NCBI GenBank assembly: GCA_030667525.1
Contig: DAOUVS010000001.1
Location: forward strand, 1 to 56,400
Source of the DNA: Candidatus Zixiibacteriota bacterium
Lineage (GTDB): Bacteria > Zixibacteria > MSB-5A5 > GN15 > PGXB01
DNA length: 56,400 nt
Reading direction: 5' to 3'
Positions 35,960 through 46,828 of this stretch are shown piece by piece (the first letter of the stretch is position 1; every line of letters starts with the position of its first letter). The notes beneath the pieces were generated by a model. It worked only from the letters and a program-made list of their open reading frames with translations, was not told the DNA's origin and made no database searches. The position numbers and the translations under genes were made by a program.

Positions 35960-37423
35960 ATGAAAAATGAGAAAACAACAACCGACAGTTCCCAAAAAAG
36001 CGGCAAAGTCATGAAAGTAATGACCAAAGAGATGCCGGCTGATTTGGAAAACCCGGTCTCGGAATATTTGAAACTCAAAAATTATGGAGCCAAAATCCTT
36101 CTGGAAAGTGTCGAGAGCGGAACGATTTTGGGGCGGTATTCCTTTATAGGGATCAAGCCGAGTTCCAAAATTATTATTGATCAGAATGAACTGGTCATTA
36201 AAAATGGCGGGCCAGATATTAAAATTCCGCATTCCGGAGTCGATTCTCCCTTGGAATCTATTAAAGATATATTGGATGATTTCAAGCTGGAGGTTTCATC
36301 AGATTACCCGCCTCTTCTTGGGGGAGCGGTTGGCTATATCAGCTATGATTTTGTTCGTTTCTTTGAAAAAATTCCGAACGAAACGGAAGACTCTCTTAAT
36401 ATGCCGTTGGCTCTTTTTTATCTGATTGATACGCTGTTGGTTTTTGATCATGTTAAACGATGCTTAAAAATTATGACTTTGGTTGAAGAGGGCCAGGAAG
36501 ATTCTGCACTGGATAAGATTATTCAAATCGTAAAAAGGCTTTCATCACCTCTGATGATGCCAGATTATTCTTCCGTCAATAAAAGCACAAAAAATCTCAA
36601 ATCCAATTTTGAAAAAGAGGAATTCTGCGAGGCGGTAAGAAAAGTAAAAGAATATATTGTCGCCGGTGATGCTTATCAATTGGTGATTTCACAGCGATTT
36701 AGCGGAACCACTGAGTCGGAACCGTTTATGATTTATCGCGCCTTGAGAATGCTCAATCCTTCTCCTTATATGTTTTTCCTCGATTTTGATGACATCAAAC
36801 TGGTTGGTTCATCACCTGAGGCTTTGGTTCGGCTTGAAAAAGGAGTTGCCACGGTCAGACCGATTGCCGGAACCAGACCGAGAAGCGAAGATATGGAAGA
36901 AGATAAAAAACTCGAAGAACAATTACAATCCGATGAAAAAGAAAAAGCTGAGCATGTTATGCTCGTTGATCTGGGTCGTAATGATCTTGGGCGCTGTTGT
37001 GAAATCGGTTCGGTCAAGGTGACCGATTTCATGAAAACCGAGCGCTATTCTCATGTGATGCACATGACTTCAAATGTTGTCGGCAGATTAAAACCTGATT
37101 TGGATCAATTCGATCTGTTTAAAGCTGCTTTCCCGGCTGGAACCGTTACCGGTGCACCGAAGATAAAAACAATGCAATTGATTGAGGGACTTGAAAGCAC
37201 CCGCCGTGGCCCGTATGCCGGAGCGGCAGGATATTTCAGTTTGACCGGTGATATGGATTGGTGCATTACTATCAGAACGATAATAATGAAAGATAAAGAC
37301 TTTTTCCTGCAGGCCGGCGCCGGAATTGTCGCTGACTCTGTCCCCGAAAAAGAATACCAGGAAACCTGTGACAAACTCGCGGCTCTCAAAAAAGCAATTG
37401 AAATGGCCGAGGAGGGATTCTAA
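35960..37423 (+). CDS. trpE: Anthranilate synthase component I
   Basis: 487 aa with the motifs LVGSSPEALV, IAGTRPR, LVDLGRNDLGR, FPAGTVTGAPK and GPYAGAAGYF. Confidence 0.95.
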   Translation: MKNEKTTTDSSQKSGKVMKVMTKEMPADLENPVSEYLKLKNYGAKILLESVESGTILGRYSFIGIKPSSKIIIDQNELVIKNGGPDIKIPHSGVDSPLESIKDILDDFKLEVSSDYPPLLGGAVGYISYDFVRFFEKIPNETEDSLNMPLALFYLIDTLLVFDHVKRCLKIMTLVEEGQEDSALDKIIQIVKRLSSPLMMPDYSSVNKSTKNLKSNFEKEEFCEAVRKVKEYIVAGDAYQLVISQRFSGTTESEPFMIYRALRMLNPSPYMFFLDFDDIKLVGSSPEALVRLEKGVATVRPIAGTRPRSEDMEEDKKLEEQLQSDEKEKAEHVMLVDLGRNDLGRCCEIGSVKVTDFMKTERYSHVMHMTSNVVGRLKPDLDQFDLFKAAFPAGTVTGAPKIKTMQLIEGLESTRRGPYAGAAGYFSLTGDMDWCITIRTIIMKDKDFFLQAGAGIVADSVPEKEYQETCDKLAALKKAIEMAEEGF

Positions 37424-37992
37424 TGATACTGATTATAGATAATTACGATTCTTTCACCTGGAATCTGGCTCAATATATTGGCGAGTTTGGAAAATCGTTT
37501 CAGGTAATTAGGAATGACGAAATCAGTTTGGATGATGCAATAAAACTTGATCCGTCTCATTTGGTTATTTCGCCCGGACCCGGTCGTCCGGAAAACGCAG
37601 GTGTCTCTTGTGAATTAATTTCTCACTTCACTGGAAAAATTCCAATTTTGGGCGTTTGTCTGGGACATCAATGTATTGCTTATGCTTTTAAAGGTAAAAT
37701 TGAAAATGCCGCAATTTTAATGCATGGAAAAACATCAATGGTCTTTCATAATGGGGTCGGTATTTACAATGGCCTGCCGAACCCGTTTGAGGCGACTCGT
37801 TATCACTCCCTTATGGTTGGTGAAGATGATCTGCCGGAAAATTTGCAGATCACTGCTCATACTTCAGAAGGCGAGATTATGGGGATCAGAATCAATGGTT
37901 ATCCGGTTGATGGTGTCCAATTTCATCCTGAATCTATTCTAACCAAACATGGCAAATTATTGATCTCCAACTTTCTCAACGGCAGACAATAG
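37423..37992 (+). CDS. trpG: Anthranilate synthase component II (glutamine amidotransferase)
   Basis: 189 aa with the motifs IDNYDSFTWNL, GVCLGHQ and GVQFHPES. Its start overlaps the trpE stop. Confidence 0.93.
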   Translation: MILIIDNYDSFTWNLAQYIGEFGKSFQVIRNDEISLDDAIKLDPSHLVISPGPGRPENAGVSCELISHFTGKIPILGVCLGHQCIAYAFKGKIENAAILMHGKTSMVFHNGVGIYNGLPNPFEATRYHSLMVGEDDLPENLQITAHTSEGEIMGIRINGYPVDGVQFHPESILTKHGKLLISNFLNGRQ

Positions 37993-37993
37993 G

Positions 37994-39016
37994 ATGATCA
38001 GGGAAGAGATAAATAAAGTTCTGGATGGTGTTGATCTTTCGACTGATGAAAGCAACCATGTCATCGATTTAATAATGTCAGGCAAAGTTTCGCATATCCA
38101 AATTGCCGCATTCCTGACTGCGCTGCGTCAAAAGGGGGAGACCTCTGATGAAATAATCGGAGCTGCGCGGGCGATGCGGGATAAGGTTGTTCGTATCAAT
38201 CATCACCAAGAAGCTCTTTTCGATAATTGTGGAACTGGTGGCGATGGCGCCGGAACTTTTAATATTTCAACAACAACATCATTTATTCTGGCTGGATGCG
38301 GTTTAGCTATTGGGAAACATGGCAATCGTTCGGTTTCAAGTCAGTGCGGAAGTGCCGATGTTCTTCAGGAGCTTGGTGTTGATATAATATTAACTCCGGA
38401 ACAGGTCGGGTTATGTATCGACGAAATCGGAATCGGTTTTATGTTTGCACCGGCTCTTCATCCGGCGATGAAAGAAGTTGTCCCGGTAAGAAAAGAGCTC
38501 GGCTTTCGGACGATATTTAATCTTCTCGGACCGATGACCAATCCGGCTTTTGCGACGCATCAAATGATCGGCGTATTTTCGGGATCATACACGTCATTAC
38601 TCGCTGATGCCGCCGGTGAGCTGGGGATAAAAAGAGTTGGTGTCGTTTATAATCAATGCGGTATTGATGAGATAACGACTGCTGGCCCCAATAAGATCAA
38701 CTTTGTTTTTAATGACACAAAGGAAGAGTTGCTCTTCGATCCTGAAGAGTACCAGTTTAAAAAATGCTCAATAGAAGATTTGGCCGGTGGAAACGCCGAA
38801 GAAAATGCCGGGATTACCCGTTCGATATTAAACGGTGAGTTGGGACCAAAAAGAGATACTGTCATATTAAACAGTGCTATCGGCCTGCTAATAGCCGAGA
38901 AGGTCGGCGATATCAAAGAGGGAATTGAACAGGCGGTCGAAGCAATTGATTCCGGTCAGGCGACTGATAAGTTAGATAAACTGATAGCATTTACAAGGGG
39001 GCTTTCAAATGCTTAA
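37994..39016 (+). CDS. trpD: Anthranilate phosphoribosyltransferase
   Basis: 340 aa with the motifs CGTGGDGAGTFNISTT and KHGNRSVSSQCGSADVL. Confidence 0.95.
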   Translation: MIREEINKVLDGVDLSTDESNHVIDLIMSGKVSHIQIAAFLTALRQKGETSDEIIGAARAMRDKVVRINHHQEALFDNCGTGGDGAGTFNISTTTSFILAGCGLAIGKHGNRSVSSQCGSADVLQELGVDIILTPEQVGLCIDEIGIGFMFAPALHPAMKEVVPVRKELGFRTIFNLLGPMTNPAFATHQMIGVFSGSYTSLLADAAGELGIKRVGVVYNQCGIDEITTAGPNKINFVFNDTKEELLFDPEEYQFKKCSIEDLAGGNAEENAGITRSILNGELGPKRDTVILNSAIGLLIAEKVGDIKEGIEQAVEAIDSGQATDKLDKLIAFTRGLSNA

Positions 39017-39785
39017 TGAAATAGTAGCAAAGAAGAAACAACAGTTACAGGCAATTGATCAAAAAAGAGAAATAGAAAAAATAAGCGAGGCTATTGATGA
39101 TTTGCCTCCGACCAGAAGCTTGAAGAGAAGTATCTGCAAGGACTACACAATATCAATTATTGCCGAAATTAAAAGACGTTCGCCGTCTAAAGGGATTCTT
39201 ATCGAAAATCTTCAGGTCGATAAAATGGTAACAATATATGAAGAAGCAGGTGCCTCGGCGATTTCTGTTTTGACCGAGAGTAGTTACTTTGACGGTTCCG
39301 TTGATGATTTAAAGCTGGCGAAAAAAAGTAGTACTCTTCCGATTTTAAGGAAAGATTTTATTTTCGAAGAATATCAGGTTTGGGAAAGTCGATCTATTGG
39401 TGCCGATGCAATTTTGCTGATTGTCGGTCTTATGTCTCCTGATAAGATTAATCATCTGTACATGGTTGCCGAGCAGTTGGACCTGGAAGTTTTGTTTGAA
39501 GTTCATGATGTGTGTGAATTTGAAATCTTAAGACTTATTCATCCCCAGATTATTGGAATCAATAATCGTGATCTGAAAACTTTTGAAGTAAATCTGGAAA
39601 CCTCTGAGACTCTGGCACCGATGATCCCGCCTCGAATAGTTAGAGTTGCCGAAAGCGGCATTAATAGCCGGGACGATATTATCAGAATGGAAGAGAGTTG
39701 CATTGATGCTGTTCTTATCGGCGAGGCAATTATCACAAATCCCGATCCGGGAAGAAAAATCAGGGAGCTATTAGGCAAGCAATGA
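39009..39785 (+). CDS. trpC: Indole-3-glycerol-phosphate synthase
   Basis: 258 aa with the motifs IIAEIKRRSPSKG, ISVLTE, LRKDFI and GINNRDL. Confidence 0.93.
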   Translation: MLNEIVAKKKQQLQAIDQKREIEKISEAIDDLPPTRSLKRSICKDYTISIIAEIKRRSPSKGILIENLQVDKMVTIYEEAGASAISVLTESSYFDGSVDDLKLAKKSSTLPILRKDFIFEEYQVWESRSIGADAILLIVGLMSPDKINHLYMVAEQLDLEVLFEVHDVCEFEILRLIHPQIIGINNRDLKTFEVNLETSETLAPMIPPRIVRVAESGINSRDDIIRMEESCIDAVLIGEAIITNPDPGRKIRELLGKQ

Positions 39786-40408
39786 CGACGAGAATAAAAA
39801 TATGCGGCATAACTAATCTGGATGATGCAAAAAAGGTCGTGGAATTAGGTGCTCATGCCATCGGATTTGTGTTTGCCGAAAGCCCGAGAAAAATTGAGCC
39901 GTCAGTTGCCAGAGAAATTTCAAATTTGCTACCACCATTTATTAGCAAGATCGGTGTTTTTGTCAATGAAGAGATAAAGACAATCAAAGAGATGTATGAT
40001 TACTGTTTTTTGGATGCGGTACAGTTGCACGGAGATGAAGACAGCCAATATATCAATGCGCTATCATTACCATTTATTAAAGCGTTTAAAGTTAGCGGCA
40101 ATGAAGTGATCAAACAGATTGAAAAATTTGGTTTGCCATATTTTCTGCTTGATGCATTCGATAAAAATCTGTCAGGTGGGACCGGAAAAAAATTCGACTG
40201 GCAGATTGCAATTGAAGCTTCAAAACTTGGAGATATCATCTTGTCTGGCGGATTGAACCAAGCCAATATCAGAGAAGCACTTGAAACAGTTAATCCGTAT
40301 GCGGTTGATGTTAGCAGCGGAGTTGAAAAAAGTCCAGGCAAGAAAGATTTTCAAAAAATGGAATCAGTAATTAATGAGGTTCATAGATGGAACAGCCGAA
40401 TAAATTAG
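39782..40408 (+). CDS. trpF: Phosphoribosylanthranilate isomerase
   Basis: 208 aa with the motifs IKICGIT, VQLHGDE, LLDA...GGTGKKFDW and VDVSSGVE. Its ATGA overlaps the trpC stop. Confidence 0.92.
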   Translation: MTTRIKICGITNLDDAKKVVELGAHAIGFVFAESPRKIEPSVAREISNLLPPFISKIGVFVNEEIKTIKEMYDYCFLDAVQLHGDEDSQYINALSLPFIKAFKVSGNEVIKQIEKFGLPYFLLDAFDKNLSGGTGKKFDWQIAIEASKLGDIILSGGLNQANIREALETVNPYAVDVSSGVEKSPGKKDFQKMESVINEVHRWNSRIN

Positions 40409-41610
40409 GATACTTTGGCGACTATGGTGGCCGTTTTGTTCCCGAGACGCTTATGGCGGCTCTTCTGGAACTTGAGGAAGGTTACAAAGACGCGCTAAGA
40501 GATCCTGAGTTCAAATCCGAACTTAAACGGTTGCTAAGTACCTATGTTGGCCGTCCTACTCCTTTGTATTTTGCCAAGAGTTTAACGATGAAATATAAAG
40601 GTGCTCAGATATATCTTAAACGGGAAGATTTGGCTCATACCGGCGCACATAAAATCAATAACTGTATCGGACAGGGATTATTGGCCCGAAGGATGAACAA
40701 AAAACGGATTGTCGCCGAAACTGGCGCCGGGCAACATGGAGTTGCGGTTGCTACGATAGCAAGTTTGTTCAATCAGAGTTGTGTTATCTATATGGGTATT
40801 GAAGATATGAAACGGCAGGCACCTAATGTTGCTCGGATGAATCTTCTTGGAGCAGAAGTAGTCCCGGTTGATTCGGGAAGTAAAACATTAAAAGATGCAA
40901 CCAATGAAGCAATTCGTGACTGGGTAACAAATGTCGAAACGACTCATTATATTATCGGTTCCACGGTTGGTCCGCACCCATATCCAAAATTAGTGCGCGA
41001 TTTCCAAGCGGTTATCGGTCGGGAAACAAAGATCCAAATTAAAAAACAAATCAATCGTTTGCCGGATCAGATTATTGCTTGTGTTGGCGGCGGAAGCAAT
41101 TCTCTGGGGATGTTTTACCCATTTATTAAAGATAAATCTGTTAAGCTGACTGGTGTGGAATCGTCGGGCAATGGACTGAATACTCATCTGCATGCGGCAA
41201 CTCTAACCAAAGGCAAACCGGGTGTACTACATGGAAGTTTTAGCTATTTGCTGCAAGACAAATTCGGGCAGGTGAAAACATCACATTCAATAGCGGCCGG
41301 ACTTGATTATCCCGGAGTCGGCCCGGAGCATAGTTTCCTCAAAGATCAAAGCCGGGTGAACTATGTTTCAGTGACCGATAAGGAAGCATTATCAGCATTT
41401 ATCGAACTGACCGAAACCGAAGGAATTATTCCTGCACTGGAGTCTTCGTTTGCTCTGGCGTATGCCAAAAAGATTGCATCAAAATTACCGAAAAAATATA
41501 TCCTCGTTGTCAATCTTTCGGGGCGTGGCGATAAAGATCTGGCTAATGATGAAGTTGCATCTTTGATAAATAAACGACTTGAAGCAAGACAGAAAAAGGG
41601 GAGAGAATAA
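40387..41610 (+). CDS. trpB: Tryptophan synthase beta chain
   Basis: 407 aa with the motifs [31 protein letters not shown] and GGGSN. Confidence 0.95.
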   Translation: MEQPNKLGYFGDYGGRFVPETLMAALLELEEGYKDALRDPEFKSELKRLLSTYVGRPTPLYFAKSLTMKYKGAQIYLKREDLAHTGAHKINNCIGQGLLARRMNKKRIVAETGAGQHGVAVATIASLFNQSCVIYMGIEDMKRQAPNVARMNLLGAEVVPVDSGSKTLKDATNEAIRDWVTNVETTHYIIGSTVGPHPYPKLVRDFQAVIGRETKIQIKKQINRLPDQIIACVGGGSNSLGMFYPFIKDKSVKLTGVESSGNGLNTHLHAATLTKGKPGVLHGSFSYLLQDKFGQVKTSHSIAAGLDYPGVGPEHSFLKDQSRVNYVSVTDKEALSAFIELTETEGIIPALESSFALAYAKKIASKLPKKYILVVNLSGRGDKDLANDEVASLINKRLEARQKKGRE

Positions 41611-41616
41611 ACAGTT

Positions 41617-42438
41617 ATGAATAATCACCTTCCCATATCTATTTCGAGTGCATTTGAAGAACTCCGGAAGAATAATAAAAAGGCACTTATGCCGTATTTA
41701 ACCGCTGGATACCCGGATGCTAAAACATTTATTTTATTATTAAAAGAGATCATCAAAGCCGGTGCCGATATGGTAGAAATCGGTATTCCATTTTCCGATC
41801 CGTTAGCCGATGGAAAAACAATCCAAAGTTCATCCCAAATTGCACTACAGAATGGGACCAATATCGATGAAATCTTTCGGCAACTTGGTGAGCTAGAGGA
41901 CAGATACAAAGTACCGCTGATAATTATGAGTTACTATAATCCTGTTTTACAGTATGGCATATCTAAATTTTTGAAGAAGTCAAAAACAGCTGGCGGGTTT
42001 GGTTTGTTAATACCAGATATGATCCCCGACGAAGGAATAGCGATTGAAAATAAATGCCGGACATCCGGCGTTGATCTGATATACTTATTGGCGCCGACCT
42101 CAAGTGCTTTGAGGCGTAAGCTTATTCTAAAGAGATCGCAAGGCTTTATTTATCTGGTGTCGGTGGCCGGGGTTACCGGAGCGAGAAAATCTCTTCCCGG
42201 AAAATTGAATCGTTGGATAACTCAGATAAAAAAAGAAAGCTGCTTACCTGTTTGTGTCGGTTTTGGAATCTCCGACCTGACTCAAGCGAAATCGGTGGCG
42301 CGGGTCGCCGATGGTGTGATAATAGGAAGTGCTATTATTGATATCATAAAAAAATCTTCAGGTTCACAGGAGGCTGTATCAAATGTGGGAAGATTTATTG
42401 GAAAAATTAGAAAAGGAATGGACAATGTCAAAAGTTAG
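41617..42438 (+). CDS. trpA: Tryptophan synthase alpha chain
   Basis: 273 aa with the motifs MPYLTAGYPD, EIGIPFSDPLADG and GFGIS. Confidence 0.93.
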   Translation: MNNHLPISISSAFEELRKNNKKALMPYLTAGYPDAKTFILLLKEIIKAGADMVEIGIPFSDPLADGKTIQSSSQIALQNGTNIDEIFRQLGELEDRYKVPLIIMSYYNPVLQYGISKFLKKSKTAGGFGLLIPDMIPDEGIAIENKCRTSGVDLIYLLAPTSSALRRKLILKRSQGFIYLVSVAGVTGARKSLPGKLNRWITQIKKESCLPVCVGFGISDLTQAKSVARVADGVIIGSAIIDIIKKSSGSQEAVSNVGRFIGKIRKGMDNVKS

Positions 42439-42799
42439 AGGTATCAGAGGTGCCATCAAGGTTGCCGAGAACAGCGAGGAAGAAATTATTTCCGCAACCA
42501 AAGAGCTGTTTTTGAAAATGATAGAATCAAATGATGTCAAACCTGAAGATATCGCCAGTGTCTTTTTTACAGCGACCTCGGATTTAAATGCAGAATATCC
42601 CGCCTATGCGACCAGAGGTCTGGGATTTGATTTGGTCCCGCTTCTTTGCGCAAGAGAAATAGAAGTACCCAAAGGAATGAGTCGATTAATCAGAATATTA
42701 ATACATGTCAATACAGAAAAATCTCAAGAAAAAATAAAGCATCAATATTTGGGTGAAACCAGCAAGCTCAGACCTGAATTGTGCGGAGGAAAGCAATGA
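42425..42799 (+). CDS. aroH: Monofunctional chorismate mutase, AroH class
   Basis: The track ORF starts at 42383. I prefer the ATG at 42425 because [21 protein letters not shown]...[22 protein letters not shown]...IRILIHVN aligns from residue 1 with Bacillus AroH (MMIRGIRGATTV...). Confidence 0.85.
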   Translation: MSKVRGIRGAIKVAENSEEEIISATKELFLKMIESNDVKPEDIASVFFTATSDLNAEYPAYATRGLGFDLVPLLCAREIEVPKGMSRLIRILIHVNTEKSQEKIKHQYLGETSKLRPELCGGKQ

Positions 42800-43812
42800 T
42801 GATCGTAGTAATGAAATCGGACGCCACTGTTAAACAGACCAGCACAGTGATAAAAAAAATCCAGGAGCTTGGGTTTGAGCCGCATCTGTCAAAAGGTGAG
42901 GAAAAAACAATTGTCGGGATGGTCGGTAGCGGCAAAAAGGTTGAACCGGAAATTTTTATGGCAATACCGGGAGTAGATTCGGTTGTACCTATCCTAAAAC
43001 CGTTTAAACTGGCCAGTAGAGAATTTCAAAAAAGACCAACAATTATTCCTTTTAATGGTTTCACCATTGGTGGCGATGAGGTTATCGTTATGGCCGGACC
43101 CTGCTCGGTTGAAAGCCGGGAGCAGACTTTGGAAGCGGCCGATGCGGTCGTCAAGGCCGGAGCCAAAGTGTTGAGGGGTGGAGCCTACAAACCAAGAACT
43201 TCACCATACAGTTTTCAGGGACTTGGCGAAGAAGGTCTGAAAATTCTAAAGGAAGCTTCTGACAGAACCGGTCTGGCAATTGTAACCGAAGTAATGTCAC
43301 CCGATAAAGTCGAATTAGTGGCAAAGTATGCCGATATTCTTCAGATCGGAGCGAGAAACATGCAGAATTATTCGCTGCTTGAGGCAGTCGGCAAATCAAC
43401 TCGTCCGGTACTTTTGAAGCGCGGTATGATGTCAACCATCGAGGAACTTCTGATGGCGGCAGAATATATTCTGGCCAACGGTAATCCGAATGTGATGCTC
43501 TGTGAGCGTGGTATCAGGACATTTGAAAAATATACCCGTAACACACTGGACATCTCTGCCGTCCCGATAATCAAACAATTGAGCCATCTGCCTGTTATTA
43601 TTGATCCGAGTCATGCCTCGGGCAAAAGAGAACTGGTCGATCCGATGTCAAAATGTGCCATTGCTGCCGGAGCCGACGGATTAATAATTGAGGTGCATCC
43701 GCATCCCGAAGAAGCCTTATCAGACGGAGCGCAGAGTCTGCATCCGGAAGAGTTTGATAAATTGATGATTGGACTAAAAACTATCGCCGCTGCGGTTAAC
43801 AAAAAGATATAA
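42796..43812 (+). CDS. aroF: 3-deoxy-7-phosphoheptulonate (DAHP) synthase, class I-beta with N-terminal ferredoxin-like regulatory domain
   Basis: The track frame begins at a GTG at 42781. I prefer the ATG at 42796, 5 nt after GGAGGA. The N-terminal ~75 aa form a regulatory domain ([14 protein letters not shown]...). The catalytic core shows [28 protein letters not shown] and IIDPSHASG. Confidence 0.9.
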   Translation: MMIVVMKSDATVKQTSTVIKKIQELGFEPHLSKGEEKTIVGMVGSGKKVEPEIFMAIPGVDSVVPILKPFKLASREFQKRPTIIPFNGFTIGGDEVIVMAGPCSVESREQTLEAADAVVKAGAKVLRGGAYKPRTSPYSFQGLGEEGLKILKEASDRTGLAIVTEVMSPDKVELVAKYADILQIGARNMQNYSLLEAVGKSTRPVLLKRGMMSTIEELLMAAEYILANGNPNVMLCERGIRTFEKYTRNTLDISAVPIIKQLSHLPVIIDPSHASGKRELVDPMSKCAIAAGADGLIIEVHPHPEEALSDGAQSLHPEEFDKLMIGLKTIAAAVNKKI

Positions 43813-44687
43813 TGAAGCTTAAGAATCTAAATGTTTTTATAATCGGCTTGGGACAAATTGGCGGATCAATAGCCAAGGCACTGACAGCAAATAAATCAGT
43901 GGTCAGTGTGTACGGCTATGATATAGATAAATCGGTAAGAAAAGCAGCCAAAGACAACGGGTATATTAACAACCAGGCAGAATCAATAAGTGATGGTATC
44001 AACAAAGCTGATTTAATTATTCTTGCGACACCGATTCGGACAACGATAGAACTTATCCCGGAAATTATCAGAGAGACCAATCCAAATCAGGTTGTCCTTG
44101 ATGTTGCTGGAATTCAATCCGGGATTCTGGAGACAGTATCGAAACATAATAATCAAATAAATTATATCAGTGGTCACCCGATTGCAGGCAATGAAGGGAC
44201 CGGATTGGAAGCATCGTCCGCTGATAAATTCAGGAATGCAATATTTTTTCTTTCACCGGTGTTGTCCGCCAAAAAAGAATCAATTGATATTGTTGTCGAA
44301 TTGATTAAAGCACTTGATGCGATACCGGTAATAATCGATCCCAACAAACATGATTTTCTGATTTCAATGACAATTAATCTTCCATACTTGATTGCATTAA
44401 CTCTTATGAAAATGGCCTCCAAACAGGAAAGCTCTTATGAAGATTTCTGGCAACTGGCCGGAGGAAGTTTCAAAGGTGCCACCAGAGTCGCTTCGTCATC
44501 GCCGGAATTAACGCTTGATATGTTTATGACCAATAGAGAAAATATTTTAAACATAATTGAAAAATTCCAGGCTGAATTATCGGAAGTTGCCGAGATGATA
44601 AGTAAAAAAGATGAGGTTGCTCTGCGCTCCCGAATTACTCTGGCGAAAGCTCAAAAAGATAATATGAACCGGGTTCAAAATGGATAA
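43812..44687 (+). CDS. tyrA: Prephenate dehydrogenase
   Basis: 291 aa with the Rossmann motif VFIIGLGQIGGSIAKAL and the motif ISGHPIAG. Confidence 0.85.
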   Translation: MKLKNLNVFIIGLGQIGGSIAKALTANKSVVSVYGYDIDKSVRKAAKDNGYINNQAESISDGINKADLIILATPIRTTIELIPEIIRETNPNQVVLDVAGIQSGILETVSKHNNQINYISGHPIAGNEGTGLEASSADKFRNAIFFLSPVLSAKKESIDIVVELIKALDAIPVIIDPNKHDFLISMTINLPYLIALTLMKMASKQESSYEDFWQLAGGSFKGATRVASSSPELTLDMFMTNRENILNIIEKFQAELSEVAEMISKKDEVALRSRITLAKAQKDNMNRVQNG

Positions 44688-45963
44688 ACTCATTTCGGCG
44701 GCAAAGAGCCTCAAAGGAACAATCGATATTCCCGGCGATAAATCTATTTCGCATCGCGCCTTAATTTTTGCATCAATGGCCAATGGAATCTCAAAAATAC
44801 AAAATTTATCGACTGCGGCAGATTGTATGTCAACAATTTCCTGTTTGAATTATTTGGGCGCAAAAATAGATAGGCAGGCCAATAGTACATTTATAGTCGA
44901 AGGAAAAGGACGATTCGGCTTTACACAACCGTTAAATATTTTGGATGCCGGAAATTCAGGAACAACAATTCGACTGCTGTCGGGACTTCTGGCCGGTTTA
45001 TCTTTTGAATCAGAAATAACCGGTGATAAGTCGCTTAGAAAAAGACCGATGAAACGGATAATCGATCCATTGTCACAAATGGGTGCAAAAATCTCTGCCG
45101 TCGATAATAAAAATTATCCACCGATCAGTATAATTGGTCAAAAACTCAAATCGATTTCTTATACGATGCCTGTCGCCAGCGCCCAGGTAAAGACAGCTAT
45201 AATGATCGCGGGATTACTCTGCAATGGTACAACTACTATTATTGAAAAATATCAATCGCGTGACCATACCGAACGGATGTTTAAATATCTTGGTGCCGAT
45301 ATTTCGGCAGCTTTTCCAAAAATAGAAATCAGAGGCGGGCAATTGACTTCGGCAGAAATATTTATCCCGGGAGATATCTCATCGGCGATATTTTTTGTGG
45401 TTGCGGCACTGCTTGTCAAAAACTCAAATATTAAACTAAAGAATGTCGGTTTGAATCCAACCCGAACCGGCTGTTTGACCGCATTAAAAAAGATGGGTGC
45501 CAATATCAATATCATCCCTGATGAAACCAGGAATGAAGAACCACTGGGGACGATTGAAGTATCTTCGTCTAAGCTTAATGCAATAAATATTAGTGCAGGG
45601 GATATCCCATCGATGATAGACGAAATTCCGATTCTGGCTCTGGCGGCGACGCAGGCAGAAGGTAAAACGATAATTTCAGGCGCTGAGGAATTAAGGTTTA
45701 AGGAAAGCGACCGTCTCAAAGCAATCACCGATGGATTAAAACGGCTGGGAGCATCGATTATTGAAAAACCTGATGGCCTTGAGATTGATGGTCCGACCCC
45801 GCTAATTGGAACCGAGACAGAATCATTTGGGGATCATCGTCTGGCGATGACGATGGCGATTGCCGGGTTGATTGCTGAAGGGGAAACAAAAATCAACAAT
45901 TTTGAAGCGGTTAATATTTCATTTCCTGAATTCATTAACAATTTACAGATGTTGATTAATTAA
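44680..45963 (+). CDS. aroA: 3-phosphoshikimate 1-carboxyvinyltransferase (EPSP synthase)
   Basis: 427 aa with the motifs LKGTIDIPGDKSISHRALIF, LDAGNSGTTIRLL, LRFKESDRL and DHRLAM. Confidence 0.95.
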   Translation: MDKLISAAKSLKGTIDIPGDKSISHRALIFASMANGISKIQNLSTAADCMSTISCLNYLGAKIDRQANSTFIVEGKGRFGFTQPLNILDAGNSGTTIRLLSGLLAGLSFESEITGDKSLRKRPMKRIIDPLSQMGAKISAVDNKNYPPISIIGQKLKSISYTMPVASAQVKTAIMIAGLLCNGTTTIIEKYQSRDHTERMFKYLGADISAAFPKIEIRGGQLTSAEIFIPGDISSAIFFVVAALLVKNSNIKLKNVGLNPTRTGCLTALKKMGANINIIPDETRNEEPLGTIEVSSSKLNAINISAGDIPSMIDEIPILALAATQAEGKTIISGAEELRFKESDRLKAITDGLKRLGASIIEKPDGLEIDGPTPLIGTETESFGDHRLAMTMAIAGLIAEGETKINNFEAVNISFPEFINNLQMLIN

Positions 45964-45964
45964 G

Positions 45965-46828
45965 ATGATTAACGCGCAGAAACATAAATTGTATGGAATA
46001 ATCGGCGGTTCACTAGGGCATTCTTTTTCTCCTTTGATACACAATTATCTGTTTGAAAAATATAAACTTAATTGTTGTTACACTACTTTCGAATCTGAGG
46101 AATCAAAATTAAAAGCTGTCGTCGGCGGTATCAGGGTGCTTAATATATCGGGTCTTAATGTCACCTATCCATACAAAGAAAATATAATTCCATATCTTGA
46201 TAACTTGGATATAACCGCTAAAACAACTGGAGCGGTTAATACGATAAAAAACTCGCGTGGAAAATTAATTGGATATAACACCGATATTATCGGTATCCAA
46301 AAAACGATACAGCACAAATTGAAAACAGATATCAAAGATAAAACAGTGCTGTTGCTTGGGGCGGGTGGTGCCGCTCGAGCCTGTTTGGTTGAACTGATTC
46401 GCCAAAAAGCGAATAAAATTATTGTGGCCAACAGAGATATTTCAAAAGCAAAAAAAATGATAAAGAATTTGAAGAATAACTCAGATATAAAGGCGATAAA
46501 TATCAACCATATTAATAGTCTGAACCAGTCGGATTGTCCGGCATTATTAATTAATTCAACTTCGGCCAAATCTTCTTTATTGATTGGAATTATCAAAGTA
46601 TTATCAAAGCAGAAATTGATTAATAATACAAAAATATTTGATTTGAACTATGGCCAGCGGGCTGTATCAAAAAATCATCAAAAATTCCCAAATAGGTATG
46701 TCGATGGGCTTTATATGCTGGCAACCCAGGCGGCGGCAAGTTTTAATATCTGGACTGGGATAAAAGTTGAACCTGACGATATTTATAGGTATATCGCAAA
46801 AAAACTACGGGATAATAAATATGCTTAG
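45965..46828 (+). CDS. aroE: Shikimate dehydrogenase
   Basis: 287 aa with the motifs YGIIGGSLGHSFSPLIHN, LNVTYPYKE, VNTI and LLGAGGAARA. Confidence 0.9.
   Translation: MINAQKHKLYGIIGGSLGHSFSPLIHNYLFEKYKLNCCYTTFESEESKLKAVVGGIRVLNISGLNVTYPYKENIIPYLDNLDITAKTTGAVNTIKNSRGKLIGYNTDIIGIQKTIQHKLKTDIKDKTVLLLGAGGAARACLVELIRQKANKIIVANRDISKAKKMIKNLKNNSDIKAININHINSLNQSDCPALLINSTSAKSSLLIGIIKVLSKQKLINNTKIFDLNYGQRAVSKNHQKFPNRYVDGLYMLATQAAASFNIWTGIKVEPDDIYRYIAKKLRDNKYA

Noticed and set aside
35906-36232. 108-aa minus-strand ORF overlapping the attenuator and the trpE 5' end.
   Set aside because: It lies antisense to trpE and to the terminator hairpin, with no supporting features.
42383-42424. Longer start for aroH (42383) and the upstream starts offered by the ORF track for aroC (46767), aroF (42781), the PorV-like gene (7809) and the beta-helix protein (50242).
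   Set aside because: In each case a downstream ATG preceded by an SD matches the conserved N-terminus of the family or the start of the signal peptide. The extensions would overlap the preceding gene or add non-conserved residues.
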